This document shows, piece after piece, positions 1-14,046 of a stretch of DNA of 64,000 nucleotides. The notes under the pieces were generated by a model that was given only the letters and a program-made list of their open reading frames with translations, was not told the origin of the DNA and did no database searches. Source of the DNA: Phoronis australis. Its lineage: Eukaryota; Animalia; Phoronida. The stretch's first letter is position 1; every line of letters starts with the position of its first letter. The DNA is taken from assembly GCA_002633005.1 (NCBI GenBank), contig NMRA01000016.1, positions 1,525,860 through 1,589,859 on the forward strand, given 5' to 3'. The position numbers were made by a program, and so were the translations under genes.

Positions 1-63
1 TTGTTTTTACATGACGATTGTTCACTCATCTTTCTGTATTCAATGCGCCTTATTTTCTTCCAG

Positions 64-127
64 ATGATCTCACAAACTTATTGAGAGAAATTATGCAAGA
101 AGCAAGAAACCTGACAAAAGCAGAAAG
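64..127 (+). CDS. PDE2A: PDE2 exon (start of GAF-B)
   Basis: cag|..[20 protein letters not shown]..|gtaat. Confidence 0.9.
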
Positions 128-3100
128 GTAATCAAATGAATCCGTGTCTTCGGTGCATTTAATTGGTACCATTCAGATTTAGTGATTGACAGTTTCACAG
201 TTTTCAGAGAAATTAATTGGGTGGAGGCCATATTATCTGACATTTATTAATGACAGATTGAAAGATTTGTGCGGTGATGGATTTGCTGGGAAATGTTTAG
301 ATCGAGTTAATAGGTTCATTGTAGAAAAGATGAATCTCATCTAGGTGTGCTGTGGTACGTTTTATCAGTTAGTGCATGTTAAAAACACTTTGGATAAAAT
401 AATTCAATTTTATTATAATTAATGTGTTATATAAATTGATATATTTCCTAAGTAACCCCAGTCCGCATAATAATTGCCAACATGAACAAGGTGTGTTTCA
501 GAATAGGTTGAATTAAAAATTTAAAAAAATGAACTCACCGCAGATGAATTGAAACGAATAGTGGACTGATTTTTTGTCAGATCATGTGGTACATCCTTAA
601 CGTTTATATGGAGTGTAACTTGTAACAGAGCTCACTAACTGGCTTGAAAGGTCAGCGTTTGTTTCCTGAGAATATATCTGACTCGTAGTAATAAAACGCA
701 CATCAACTTCCTGGTTAAAAATTGCCAACTGACAGCCAATGAAAACCATCGTTCTAGTGCCCTGTACCTGGGCTTTATAATAAATAAAAGCAAGAAAACT
801 TGTGGTTGTATAGATCCCCTGTATCATGATAAATTCCATTTTAATTTCACTAATAGCATTGTGGCTAAGATGAACAGGAATCTTGTCACTTTGGTGCCAC
901 GTTTGTGCCAAAATCTGTCAGCTGATAAAGTCTTGCAATCTAAACGTGTCTCTTATTTGGCCACCAGGTGTTCTGTGTTCCTCGTGGACGAGGAGAGTGA
1001 GGAACTGGTTGCCAAGGTGTTCGACGGTTCCATTCACGACACGCTGGACAGTGAAATACGCATCCCTATGACGCAAGGCGTTGCGGGTCATGTGATCACT
1101 ACAGGAGAGATTCTAAACATCCACGATGCTTACTCTCATCCGCTGTTCTACAGGGGTGTTGATGACACTACAGGCTTCAAGACACGGAATATACTCTGTT
1201 TTCCTATCAAGGATGAAAAGGGTAACATACAGAAAAGTTTTGCCCTGTTTTTGAGTTACATAATATTCAATCCGTCTGAGTGGGATTTTTTACGAGTTTG
1301 TGGCAAACAATTTGCAGTGAGTTTAGTAGGGATTTATTGACCGAGATGTTTTTAAGCGTAAAAATTATTTAAATAAAATGTATTAATTTTTCCCATTTTG
1401 ATTAAAGTGTAAAACTTTTTGTTGAATATCACAATTGCTTTCTAATTTAAAAATTAGCCGGTGTATGTTGAGTGCTTACAATAAACTTTCGAGCCTGTTG
1501 TTGTGGTTTCCAGAGAATACTGTAGGTGTCGCCCAGCTCTGTAATAAAAGGGACGGCAAAAACTTCACTACGTTCGATGAGGACATAGCCAAGGCATTCT
1601 CAATATACTGTTGCATCAGTATCGTACACGTAAGTGTGGCATTTAATATATGAGTCACGTGACATTTGGTCCAGATTATTCAATTTCAGGCACAGGCAAT
1701 TTCCAAGGTAGCGGAAAGTACCAAAAAGGATTTTTTCAGTGAAAATTAAGAAATCATGTTACAAATGATGACAGCGTCGATTATTGGTCAAAATGGCTTC
1801 TATCTTGTTCATACACTTAACATAGTTTAGGGTCAAAATGGCTTCTATCTTGTTCATACACTTAACATAGTTTAGGGTCAAAATGGCTTCTATCTTGTTC
1901 ATGCACTTAACATAGTTTAGGGTCAAAATGGCTTCTATCTTGTTCATGCACTTAACATAGTTTAGGAACAAGTAGGAAACCATGTCACGAGGCATGAGCC
2001 CAGATTATTTATCGATCAGATTTCACTGTGCACGCGTAATTTACTTGGACTTAAAAGCAATTTATTTGCAATTCTTTTTATAAATTGTTTTATGTAAATA
2101 TCAAACCTAGGCTTGTACACTCAGAGTAGTGCTTCATGAGGTGGTGTTCGTCATTTGTGTGTCTGCCATTACACTGATGGGTAATTCCATTTCAGTCGCT
2201 CATGTACAGAACTGTCAACGAAGCCTCTACCAGGAGCAGGCTGTGCAATGAACTCATGATATACCACATGCAGGTTTGTCAATCTTTGACCTTCTCGCGA
2301 TTATAGTAAATTGTGATTTGAAGAGCCTTTAACCTTTAGTTTAGGAAGTGTAATCTTATGATTTGGGATAAGATCAGTTACAGTCAGCAATCTGTGAATA
2401 ATGATTAAGGGGGATTCATCACCTAAAGGAGGGCAATAGGAACGAGTACAGGTGAAAATTCAAGTCAAAATCCAATTGACTTTGGTTACTGATTAGGCGC
2501 AAGTTTCAATTACCTTTTTCCCTGGGAACAGAATAAAGAGCCATTTGGTTGGGCTGCCAACAGTCAACAAGCACATAGTTATAGAACAGAGGTGTCATTA
2601 AAGGATTAGGTTGGTGACCAAGCAGCAAGACTTAGGTAATTCAATTGGGCTGTTGTGTTGGCATTGGTAAACTCCAACCTTGATCATCATTCTACAGTCA
2701 ATTTTTACCTGTGCTGGGCCATGGGTTCCCTGTGAATTGATTGTTGTTGTCTTGGAGTTGCTGTGGCTACGTAATGGCAACAAATGGCTTAATTGCTCTA
2801 GTTTGCAGTTTATGGAACATGCATTAGCCAAGCCACTGATAGCTGGAAGGGGAGGCTGAAATTCATTGGGTGGTTTCATTGTGTTTTATGTGACCAGCCT
2901 CTCACAATCCATGAGTGTGTTGTGAGGTATCTGCCTATCTTTGAAAAGGTCAACTGCAGTCAGCTGTGAGATATTATGTTAAAAGCATTTGCATGGCCAA
3001 CCCTCTTGCTTTTGTACCCTGTGGTCACATGTTCACAGCAAACCTGACGTATGCAGATCTTGACATTCACTGACACGCTGATCTTTCCTGTTTCAAGAAT

Positions 3101-6100
3101 GAAATGTAGTCATCCAGACGCAAGGTTCGTGTCACAAATGGTCATGTTATGTACAGTTGCTTTTAACGACACCTTTTGTGTCTCAAACGAATGCTCTTGT
3201 ATTGGGCCCGCTGTCTAATCTTTGCACTAGAAATCAAACTTTTTTTGGCATTTTCCTTTCTATTTTTGTTTGAACTCAAGATAAGTGTCTATTATTGTGT
3301 GCTCGAGCATATTGGTTAATCTAAAATGCACTTGATGACATCAGTGTGAACTCGAATCTAGTGCGAACTTGTGGTCAAGAAACTGACATCTTTGTAAATC
3401 ATAACGTACTCGAGTACAGAATAACGAACTCTTGTCTTGAGTTCAGACAAAAGCAGAATGGAAAATGTCAAAACATTTTCAGGCTTCGAGTACAAATATT
3501 AGATCACGGGTCCTGGAGTTTATATTCTTACCCGTCTTTCATTCTTGTTCATATGTGGTAGCGTTTGTCAACAGGTGAATGAGGAAGACGTGACCAAACT
3601 TGCCAAGTGTCACATCCCTCCACCCAAGTCATTCGACCCCCTCATAGACAAGTTTCTGTTTACTCCCAGAGGTATACCAGAAGCAGAGACTCCTTTGGTA
3701 CGTCAGCGATTGATTTGTCCAGTGAATAGACATGGCGCCCCCCAATATGGAGTTTGTGTAACCGTAGCTTCATGATTTGCAAAAACATTCGAAAAGATTC
3801 CGGAAGATTTGGAAAAGTGCATCTTCCACTGAATGTGCAGCATATGTCACGGTGAACAAATGACCAAAATGGCTGTTTTAAAATTGAAAAGTATTAGCCG
3901 TCTTCAAATTTTATAATCGGTGCACTAGAAGAGAAATTATAGCGAACACGTTTTCTTGAGCAACGCGGTCGAGCCACCATTCGCATTAATTAACTTTAAT
4001 GAGAGAGCAGGTTAGTAGTCACAATGTGGCTTTGGACAGTTATAGCACTGGCATCTCAAAAGATCAAATGTGAGCGTATGAGTTGCCTCTTGTGAATTCA
4101 GAAGCCTAGGATGTCTATGTCTGTAGATGTGGAAAATGTCTGGTAACGTTCCTCACAACTTTTTGCCTAACATCATGACCAAAGACATAACAGTTGCACT
4201 AAAAACTTTAAGTCTTCATTGCACAAACATCTGTCACTGAGAAACAGGGCAATAAAAAGTTTCGCACATCGATGACTGAAGTCATATTTGTTAACTTCAA
4301 ACTATAGCTAAATCACACTAATGCTACAAGAGAAGTCAGTCAGCCATGTAAGGTAATGAGTGCTAACTGGCTGTATTGAAATGCCTTTAGAAAGCGTCTG
4401 GACTGAACGTTATTAGCTTTTAACAGATCAGCATTACAGTGTGTTACCCTAATTGTATTTCAGACTAACATCAATACTTGAGCTCGTTTCTCTTACTTTG
4501 CCAGGTAATTGTAAGCATGATGGATGAGATGGGTTTCATAAACCGGTACAGAATCAAACGAGATACATTGGCAAAGTAAGTGGCGCATGGAATTCACACT
4601 GAGTCTCGCATTGTCCAGTGGGGAATGAGTGACGTAATCTCCGTTTGATTTAAAGTCAAGTTAGTCTAGATATTTTGTTTTGCAAACCTTGATGCGTCAT
4701 GCACCAGTATTTGTGTCTTGTATAGATCCTAACCACCTCACTATCAACACCGTTTGTGTGGTTGGTGTCTCAGGGGGTTCGTTGAGAATGAACAGAATTG
4801 TTACATATACGCAACCTTCCGAATAGAGATGAATTTTCTCAGCCCCTTGGGTCCTTGGTTAACACTTTGTTGTCAGCGTTAAACGTCATCCTTTAATTTC
4901 TGACTTTAAATGGATTGCTTAAAGGTGTCTTTTGCCCTGTGTCGCTGGCTAAAGCAAAAATGGAACTAGGTTATTGTAAATTGGTCACGCATTCCTTACC
5001 AGGATTGGGTTCTATTTTCATTACCAGCAAGAACATCCAAACCATCAGGGACTCAAGAAAATGCTTCAGAGTTTATTGGGAGTGGCCAACCCTAAAATTG
5101 TGAACTAAGTCTAAAGTGGCTCATGCACGCGTTGACCGACCCTAAAATTGCGAATTAAAAAATGACACATTTACGCATTGCCCGTGAGTTGAGTTGGTAA
5201 CAGAAATGGAATCCCATTGCAGCAATGNCTATATGAGGAGACTGATTTTATGAGAATCAGTTGCCTGTGAGTGGATTTTCAGTTGTTAGCCAGCTAAAAG
5301 TCCAAAATGCAGATTTTAAAGGTATTTTTGTTTAGAATGACACGCTTTACTGTAGCAAAAGTACACAAAATGTGTACCCCTTAAACACTCGTTGTGTTCG
5401 ATAATCCCTTGATGACATTATTACTCTCGTAGGTTCACATTGATGGTGAGGAAGGGCTACAGGGACCCCCCTTATCACAACTGGATGCACGCTGTCTCTG
5501 TAACACACTTCTGTTACCTCCTCCATGCCAATGTGGATCTCAGCCTCTACTTAAGGTCTGTATTCAGTGTATTTGTGCCCCGCTCTTTTGGTTTGAGGAT
5601 TGGTCATCACCAGCTTCCTCTAATTATTTTTTCTCTTTTCGCTCGAAACGCTGTTACAATGGTGATAAAAATATGTGCGAAATTTTCTTTGACTGAAATT
5701 AGAAGGAATGTAAGTATTTTGCCTGTTATTTTGTTATACATGTCATGGAAAGTAAAATTTTGTCGCGCTAAAGAAATTCTAGGGAACTTGCCTATTAGAT
5801 TCAGTAAATGTACGAGGTGTGAACAATCTAATGATGGTTAGTTGTCACAGATTGCCTGTTTGCCGATGTTTGTTTGACAAATAAAGGACTGTTAATACGT
5901 CATAAGTTTTTGGCATGTTAGACTGCCAACCCTTTCAAAATTGAGCTGCATCATGTTCTCTAAATCGACCTATGGCCAGGACTTTGAGTGAAGGCTTAAT
6001 TGACCAATCAGAATACAGCATTCACGACACACCTTTTTTCCAAGCTGCCATTTAACCCCGGCCGACAAACAACACATTGCCGGGTAAAACTGATTGACTT

Positions 6101-9100
6101 TGTTTATCAGCATTTCACAAGGGGACAGAGCTTGGGATGGGTCAGTTCCTTTTGCTGAAAGAATCCAATCCATGATGTCATGGCAATGAAAATGAACTTT
6201 TTTATTCAGCCTATTCTAAGATTTTTCATGCTTTGTTAGTAAGAGTGAAATATCTCTTAAACTTAGCTGCCTACTGGGTCATTTGTGTTTCTTACTAATT
6301 ATGGCTTTATGATTTCAGTGACCTGGAGGTACTGGCCTTGTTTGTGGCGTGTATGTGTCATGACATCGATCACCGTGGCACTAACAATGCTTTCCAAGTA
6401 ACCTCTGTAAGTGGCTGAACCATAAGCTCTTCTCCACGAACTTTTTGCTGAGACCCAGATGGTTAGAATAACTGATCAAAAAATATAAACAGTCGTTAGC
6501 TGAATAACTGTGTGGTGTAACTCATGGTGAGTACAGACTCATTGATGTTAGACTGAAAATCTAGATTCTTCTGGACTATGGTGGTGTTTAAAAGGTAGCT
6601 ATTTAAACCATTAGTCATGTTTGAATTACAGGTTAAACAATTCACAAAACAGTCATGGCACGAGGAATATGCTTACAATTTCAGAACTGTCTCCAATTCC
6701 CTAAGCCCATTTATGACATAGACAATAATTTTCACAAACTATTCTATTAAGATTGACGGTAGTGGTTGGTGAGGAATTTTTCATTAAATAGCAGGGCTGC
6801 CAACTGTTACGGGTTTTCGTGACTTACTCTTTGTGATTTTAATGCCTAAAAATTGATACGTACGTCGGGCTTTAAAACTCAGCAGAAAATGAAAATATAA
6901 TCTTCAAATATTCATCACTTTCTGTGCAAATAGGTGAATATTGAGGTGAAAAAAATTCTGGTGAGCAGACGTATAAAAGTAGAGAATGCAAATGCATGAT
7001 CTGACCATTAAGGAGTAACCTGAGTACCAGATGAGTGTGTAATGGCTTCTGTGATTGGTCAGTTGAAGTAACTTTGTGAATGGCTGGCCAATGAAATACG
7101 TGCTTACTTGACTTAGCATTGTGGTACCTAATCTTCTTTGCAAATCCCATCAAGAAGTCGAGAGTGTAATTTCGGAGACGAATATTCCAAGGAATTAGAT
7201 CAAATGGAAAAATGAAAAAGTAAGTTCTCCACATTTGTTCATGCCAGTTACAGCACTGAAAGTTCAGGTGTATGATATGTGGTCGCGTACTAGGAATTGC
7301 AACGAGATAGACGTACAATTTTCTTGTAGTGATCTGGTCAGGAGAGATGAAACATGCAGACATGATGAGTTGAGTTTTTAATGTGATCCCTTTTTAGTTT
7401 TACACGTCGATTGGAAACTGGTTTTAGTGTAGTGCATGTCTTGATCTTTTGATTGAAAGTTTCGTAATCATATTTTGAAGTTATCAGTTTTCCCCTGCAA
7501 AATGCAAAGTTTATTGAAGGTTACAAATTGAGCCTTTTTAGGCTAACCCTTGTAGCAGGTAAGTAGTCTGCATATTGGCTTAGAATATTGCAAGTGGTTG
7601 TAAATTGTGGGTGTTCTTCAAACGCAATGGGCCTTTTGAAGCTGATATGAAATTAGTTGTTTGTGATCCCTTGTTTTAGTTATATAACTGTCATAGTTGC
7701 CCTGTGTGTAACTAAACACAACTTGACAATGGGTTTATGATCCTGGTTGAGAAGATGGTTGTTTTATTACCCCATATTGCTTATGAATAGCTGAGCTTAG
7801 AATGTCTCCGATAGTGAGTTGGCAGCCTTGAAATAGTATCTGTTTTATTTTGATGCTGACATGTTGGACCAAAAAATGTGATTGTCTTTGTGTATAACTT
7901 AAGATGCTTTTAAGGTGATGATATAATAATAAAAGTTTTGTTCAATTGCAGCAATCCATATTAGCTGCCCTTTACAGTTCAGAAGGATCCGTCATGGAGA
8001 GACACCACTTTGCCCAGACCATGTGTATATTGAACACGGAAGGGTGCAATATCTTTGAAAACCTCAACAGAAAGGTAAATGCCTTCAACAATGACTATTG
8101 CATACTGCAGCTTGGTTGTACTTAGTACCATGTAAATTCTGTAGTCTACACTTTCCTAGTAGAGTGCTCCTACTAGACTTTTAGCTTCAAGGGGATGTTG
8201 CCAGGTAATCTTGAAACAGACGTGATACTTAGTAAATTTCGTTACTCCTTTCACTTTTATCTAATAACTAGGCATAATGTTTTAAACGTGCAGCTCAAGC
8301 TCTTGATCCCATGGCTGATCTCAGCTACAGTACTGTACTCATATAGAGAAAAAGGCAATATTCTTTCTCAAAGTTATAGGTACCATCTCGTAGGTGAATC
8401 GAACACAATAGTTTTATATGTGGTCCATGCAAAAACTGAATGCGGGGAATGCTGACATAACCCCCGGGTGGCTCTTTCGTAAATGCTCGTTCTACTGAAG
8501 CGGCTTTGGATCCAGAAAGAACCCCCAGGGAGATCTTTCAGTTCTTGGTCAGTTTAAGTCACATTTCTTGAAATATGGTATTTAATATCTTTGAAAACAA
8601 AAATTTAAAAGATACTATTGTCGCCGTCCAGCACCAATTACCCACAACTAAGTGGTGCCTTCGGTTGTAGCAGATTTGGCAGTACGCAGACTGTTGGAGT
8701 TACCCAATCTTGATTGGTGTGATTGTCAACATAGGAATCTTTTCATTCTGTAATTTGACTATTTTTCTTATTGCAGGAGTACGAGGAAGTGCTGGATTTA
8801 ATCAGGGACATAATTCTGGCCACAGACATTGCACAGCATCTGCGAATCTTTACAAAACTCAGGGCAATGATTGATGGTAAATTACATTAAACTGATGGTT
8901 TAATTACTGAGTCTCTTGTAGAGCTATAATTAGTGGATGATACCGAATGTTGTGTGTTAATTAATCAGAGGTTAGAAAAAAAGAAATTCGGAAACAATTC
9001 TGAATGAATTTTCCATACGTGGTAGTTTTTCTTAATGTTTTTTAAGTTCAAGACTTGGTTTGTACTGAAATTATGTTGAATGATCATCGCAATTTTCTTT

Positions 9101-11649
9101 ATTGCTATTTTGTAACTCGTGTCAAATCATATCGCGAGCTGTTTCATTGTTTCTAGAGGGTTACGACAAAGAAAATGACAAACACCGGGAGTTGCTCCTG
9201 TCCTTACTCATGACATCATCAGACCTCTGTGATCAGACCAAACCATGGAAAAATGCAACAAAGATAGCTGTACGTAATGTGTGTTCACACACGTTTGTGT
9301 GTTCTGGTCATTGCGTTATGATAAGACCCTGCTTGAGCTGTCAATTGGATTCATGAAAAATGGCAAAAATAACATCCTGAATGGAGAAAATGTTGTTTCT
9401 GAAATGAAATTGTAACTTTTATGACCTAAACTTTATGTTACTTTCTAAATCTTATTCTCCAGTTGTCATTGATATGTAGTGAACAAGCATTTGGTTTTGC
9501 TGGACATACATTAGACTTTAATAATGTAACATTCTGCGTTGATTTGCAAAGTTGTGAACTTCTTGTAATTTAAGTCGTATTTTCTAGGAGATGATATACC
9601 AGGAATTCTTCTCTCAAGGTGACCTTGAGAAAGCGCTGGGACGAAACCCGTCGGAAATGATGGATAGGGACAAAGCGTACATACCCAACCTTCAGATTGA
9701 CTTCCTGGACAAGATCGCTCTCCCTGTCTACGAGTTAGTACTTTATGACAGTTGAACCTGGGGTCTAATCGTTTCACTTGACATCGAACTTGATATTATT
9801 TTTGGCATTTTCTGTTTCGCTTTTGTGCAAACTCAGAGGACACTTGTCTATTCGTTATGCTCAAATACACAAGGGCTTGCGAAGACAGCTGTTTAATCCT
9901 AATTTGCTCTTAATGGACGCATCATTCAAGCTGAAGTTGAAATATGAACTAAACATTTCGAGTTTTTACTCAAGTTTTAGCTAAAATGTATCAGTCAACA
10001 AATGCTTACGTCTGCATGAACCATGGTATACTCGACCACAGAATAACAGAGTCTGGCACTTATCTCGAGTTTGTACATATTAGTAGAATTGAAAATGCTA
10101 AATATAATTTCGAGTTGAGTTTCGAGTAGAAAGATTAAATCCCGGCTCCTGATCTTTACTGATGATATTTTTGTATGAATAATTTGATGACATGGTACTT
10201 GTAGAAGGTCCTTACCCTTGTTTCTCTGATAGGTTAAGTGCATGTCGAAATGGTTTTGTTGTTTGTAGTGCAAGGGGTGGGAGCATAGATTAGTCTGGTT
10301 CTGATGTTGATAAATTGTCAACCTATCTGGCAACAGCTCTTTGTGAATACGGACTGAAGTGGTTAAGGATGTAGGACTTTAGAAAGTCTTTAGTATTTGA
10401 CCAAATGGTTGCATTATACTGTCACCTCCGCCTGTCCATTGTCCGCTGCTGTATTTCCAAAACCCCGTTATAGATGTTTGTGAAATTTTGCAGTCATGTT
10501 CCTATTATGGTTGAGACGGCATCATTAGATATTTGTACAGATCCGAATACCTGCCCCCTGTTGGCAATGTTATTTTTTACTTTTGTCTTTGTTAGGCGAA
10601 AAAACATGATTATTTAGATCTGGCCTGCACCTGGCTCATTTTTGAAGATACAGAAAAGGAACAGTGCACCCTCACATCATTTTTCTGTCAAAAGCTCACA
10701 AAATTTTACTCTAGTTATTAATTTTAGTAACTTGTCAACTCTGCTATAATCACTGTCTTAAATGACTGTAAATCAGTGGCATAGGGAGGCTTTCTTAACG
10801 GGAGTGAAGAAAATTTGAGCTCTTGGTTGGCAACTGTAGGCCTACAGTGAATTGCGCCACTTAATAACATGGAAGCATTTTTGAGCTGTTTGAAAAAAGC
10901 ATTGCCACACTACGTTAGTTTGTTTTTGAAAAAATAAACTAAACAAAAATACAGCAATCAATTTTCAAAGTCACCAGAATTAAATATGCTTTTTGACTTT
11001 AATGAGTAAAAAAAATTAATTTACAGTTGAATGTGAAAATGGTGCGATCTGAACAGTTTAAACACTTAACATTTTATAAAGGGAATTTCCACTCATTCCC
11101 TTTTTGTGCCTGAAAAGCTGCAGATTTTTTCTGTGCCTGGATTTCCATCATTTTGGCCCGATGTAGTATCATGCACAGAAATTTCTGCGCAGGATCCAAC
11201 TCAAAAATTACCTTTTTAAAATGGAAAGTGTTTTTAATAAAATTAATGGAATTATTATTGGCGTTATTTCAAACATGTCATGAACTGTGCACACCTACCC
11301 CACTGTGCTTTGTATTCTGTTAGTACGCTAGCGTGTTTGTTTCGTAGCACACTGCTTGGCTTGTAGCGATGATTTTTGGCACTGAAATGTTGGTGAAGTT
11401 AACGACTGCCTCGTCTGCTCGTGAAATTCTCAAATGGTTAGTTGCTCTTCTCCTCTTTCCAGATTGCTTAGCGATATGTTTCCACAAGCCAAAGAAGTTG
11501 TGTTGGCTGTAAGGAATAACAAAAGGAAGTGGTGCGACGTGAATGAGAATCTAGTCAAGAGGAAACTTAGCCTGAGTGGATCATTAGAAATATTTAATGC
11601 ACTGGCGGATCATGAGAGCAAGACTCACAATGGTGAAAACTCAACGTGA
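64..11649 (+). CDS. PDE2A: cGMP-dependent 3',5'-cyclic phosphodiesterase PDE2 (5'-partial; GAF-B + catalytic domain), 13 exons
   Basis: Exons 64-127, 968-1221, 1514-1629, 2196-2273, 3575-3697, 4505-4575, 5433-5555, 6319-6406, 7952-8074, 8777-8876, 9157-9269, 9588-9733, 11463-11649; all GT-AG with compatible phases. Peptides [21 protein letters not shown] (GAF), [53 protein letters not shown] and YIPNLQIDF match PDE2A from memory. Confidence 0.96.
968..1221 (+). CDS. PDE2A: PDE2 exon (GAF-B)
   Basis: [20 protein letters not shown]...[16 protein letters not shown]; cag/gta boundaries. Confidence 0.95.
1514..1629 (+). CDS. PDE2A: PDE2 exon (GAF-B NKFDE motif)
   Basis: [38 protein letters not shown]|gtaagt. 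Confidence 0.93.
1786..1965. repeat. Minisatellite, 4 x 45 bp, in a PDE2 intron
   Basis: GGTCAAAATGGCTTCTATCTTGTTCAT(A/G)CACTTAACATAGTTTAG at 1786, 1831, 1876 and 1921. Confidence 0.97.
2196..2273 (+). CDS. PDE2A: PDE2 exon (linker helix)
   Basis: [26 protein letters not shown]. Confidence 0.9.
3202..3515. mobile_element. Degenerate MITE-like element; related copy at ~9950-10152
   Basis: Imperfect terminal inverted repeats (GGGCCCGCTGTCTAATCTTTGCACT / AGTACAAATATTAGATCACGGGTCC); internal TACTCGA..ACAGAATAAC block shared with 10028-10150. Confidence 0.45.
3575..3697 (+). CDS. PDE2A: PDE2 exon
   Basis: [41 protein letters not shown]. Confidence 0.88.
4505..4575 (+). CDS. PDE2A: PDE2 exon
   Basis: [23 protein letters not shown]|gtaag. 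Confidence 0.88.
5433..5555 (+). CDS. PDE2A: PDE2 exon (catalytic YHN motif)
   Basis: [30 protein letters not shown]. Confidence 0.95.
5964..6146. mobile_element. MITE family A, copy 1 (decayed)
   Basis: Shares TGACCAATCAGAAT.CAGCATT..GACACACC..TTCCAAGC.GCCA with 28901-29034 and 54314-54493. Confidence 0.75.
6319..6406 (+). CDS. PDE2A: PDE2 exon (HD metal-binding motif)
   Basis: [29 protein letters not shown]. Confidence 0.95.
7952..8074 (+). CDS. PDE2A: PDE2 exon
   Basis: [41 protein letters not shown]. Confidence 0.95.
8777..8876 (+). CDS. PDE2A: PDE2 exon
   Basis: [33 protein letters not shown]. Confidence 0.93.
9157..9269 (+). CDS. PDE2A: PDE2 exon
   Basis: [37 protein letters not shown]. 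Confidence 0.93.
9588..9733 (+). CDS. PDE2A: PDE2 exon (invariant Gln)
   Basis: [48 protein letters not shown]. Confidence 0.95.
11463..11649 (+). CDS. PDE2A: PDE2 terminal coding exon
   Basis: ttccag|..[23 protein letters not shown]...ENST-TGA. Confidence 0.9.
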
Positions 11650-14040
11650 TGTGAACGTTATGAGTCAGTCTGGTGTGTCTTATGAAGCAGTCTGGTGTGT
11701 CTTATGATAGCGGCTATCGTTTCTTACTAGATGAGCGTGTAAATTTTGATATGCAGACTCTTGTGACAACCTAGTGAATAATACGACAGATTTTTATCGT
11801 GGAAAAAGAAAAAAACATGAATAACACACAAAGTGTGCTTCATGTGGTCATAGAAGCAACATATAATATGCAAGCAAGAATTAAAAGAATAAATACTAAA
11901 TTTAGATATCAAATTATTCTCAAAACTCATAAATTCAAAATTCAACAAGCGTCACTTACGAAATGGGTTCCAGATTTTGAGAACCAGCATGAGTTTGGTA
12001 GCCGTTATTTAGTGGAAAAATTAGTTGTGCAGCACCCCTGTAAGTGACTGTTACCCTGAATTAGGTAATCTACGTTATTCGTTAGCTTTCCTGGTTTTTG
12101 CGTGCTCTTCAACATAATTATGTAGCTGGTTCTACTAAGCATAGAGCACTACAAGACCTTGGTTTGTTCATTGGCAAAATGTCGATTTATACCTTTGCAG
12201 AATAGTTTGAGATATGGCCGGTTTTATCAATATGCACAGTTGGTGAGAGCCTCTGTTAAGTGACATGTGTCATTTCTGGCACACTTGTTGTCAAAGTTTC
12301 CATGACATGACCAACACAGAGAAAGACCAAACAATATTAGAGATGGGTAATGGCTAAGCTAGCTATTCTTGTAGATTTTAAGAGCGGAGACAGTATTTTG
12401 TTTTGTCTGCATGGACTTGAATGAAGTCAGTTAAAATTGATTGTTGTCAAAATATTTTAGTTGCGTAATAATCGATGTTAGCATTTTATATGCAAATGCC
12501 ATACTCGTTATGGTTCATACCTAACCCTTGCGGTTCAAACATTTTGTTTAAAACTCGCAAAATCAGCTTAATGACTACTTCAACACTTTTTGAGTTTTTC
12601 AATTTAAACTTGTGTTGGTAAAAATCTGTCAAGATATATTGCATATTGCTTTGTTAATGTATAGGAAATAAAATCTTGTGATCTTGTAATCCATTAGCAA
12701 CTGTTCAATTGTAAGTGTAGACAACACTAAAAATCATAAAGTATCAGTGCATTAATTCTTGATGTTTGAACACACATTTGTCCAAACGTATGTTCGAAGA
12801 TCTGGAAGTGCGTTTTTACAGTTGTCCACGCACGTCTGCGATACGACAATAGCTTATTGGATTACAATACAATCAGAATGTATCTACAGGAATGCATTGA
12901 ACTCGATATCAAATGCATAACGTAAGTTGTCAGATTTTCAACACTGCATGTTTAAATGAAGGGTAATTATCAAAGTATGCCACTTTAAACTTCACTGTTC
13001 ATAAGTGAACATTTGGGAGTTAAATTAAGCCTTGTACTTACGTTAACTTGGATAAGTTCAGTTGTATCAAGGTACAAGTGCACTTGATGAAGTGTTTTTT
13101 TTTGTTATTTTTGACGTTTAATGTAAAAAAGTAATTGCTTGACGTCAGTTTTACTGAACGTGAGGTTCCACAAAATCAGAAAAAAGGATTTTGAAAATTA
13201 AATGGCTTGGGTCTTAATTTTCCAATGTTTTCCCCCAAACTTGTACTTCTCAGAATCTCAACATGCCGAACGACTGATATTTCTTGTTGAGAATATCTCT
13301 GAACCATTGAAAATACTGGACATTTATTGCAAAGACTACCTGATATTTTGTGTGACTAAAAATTTCATGCCTGTGTCTAAAGTATTCTTATTCCGTTTAC
13401 ATTAGTTTGTCCGTCTTGTAGTTCATCAGCATTTTACATAAAGCAGCTGTTTTTGCGTGTAATTTATGACTTGTTGGAATTATTTGTATTTTGAGTTTTC
13501 AGTCCTTTGCTGTTGTGGTATAAAAACAATTCTTGCAAATGGAGACTTGTATTTTGCAAAAATTGGAAATCATGGCTTCAAGCAGATTGGATAAAAAGAG
13601 CAAAATTGAACCAAATTTTGAACTTGGCTATTACTGTTTACATGTACTTACTGAAGAAGCAAAGTGCATTACAATTAAATAATAATAAATAAATAATTAA
13701 TATATTGTTCAGTATTCGTGAATTGTACTGTAACTTTAGTTTGTTTTAAAAATTTTAGACATTAATCAAGACCAAGTTCTAATGATTTTGTGTAAATTTA
13801 ACAATACCAGTTTTCAGCAGAAAAGCCTTAGGCATATATCCGGAATGTCATTTTCTGGACCAAAAATTAAATTCTGATACATACCTGGGCATGCATTTTA
13901 TAGTGAATTTATGTCTTGACGTGTCAACACAGTACCTTTCTCTTAATGGACAATTTCCATAACTTTCTGCTCAATATACTGTAACCTGCTGGTTGTGATT
14001 AAAGAATGTTTTGGAGTCCCTTTTCCATGAAACTGGTTGA

Positions 14041-14046
14041 AATAAA
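14041..14046 (+). terminator. Candidate PDE2 polyadenylation signal
   Basis: AATAAA followed by T/GT-rich downstream sequence; other AATAAA hexamers exist in 11.9-15.6 kb, so the choice is tentative. Confidence 0.35.

Noticed and set aside
1759-1995. Repetitive ORF ([15 protein letters not shown])n
   Set aside because: By-product of the 45-bp intronic minisatellite, which happens to lack stops in one frame.
5228-5228. Single N in a PDE2 intron
   Set aside because: Assembly gap marker; the flanking exons remain in phase with no missing coding sequence.
64-11649. Intronic miR-139, as in vertebrate PDE2A
   Set aside because: That miRNA lies in a 5' intron not covered by this window, and no matching hairpin was seen.
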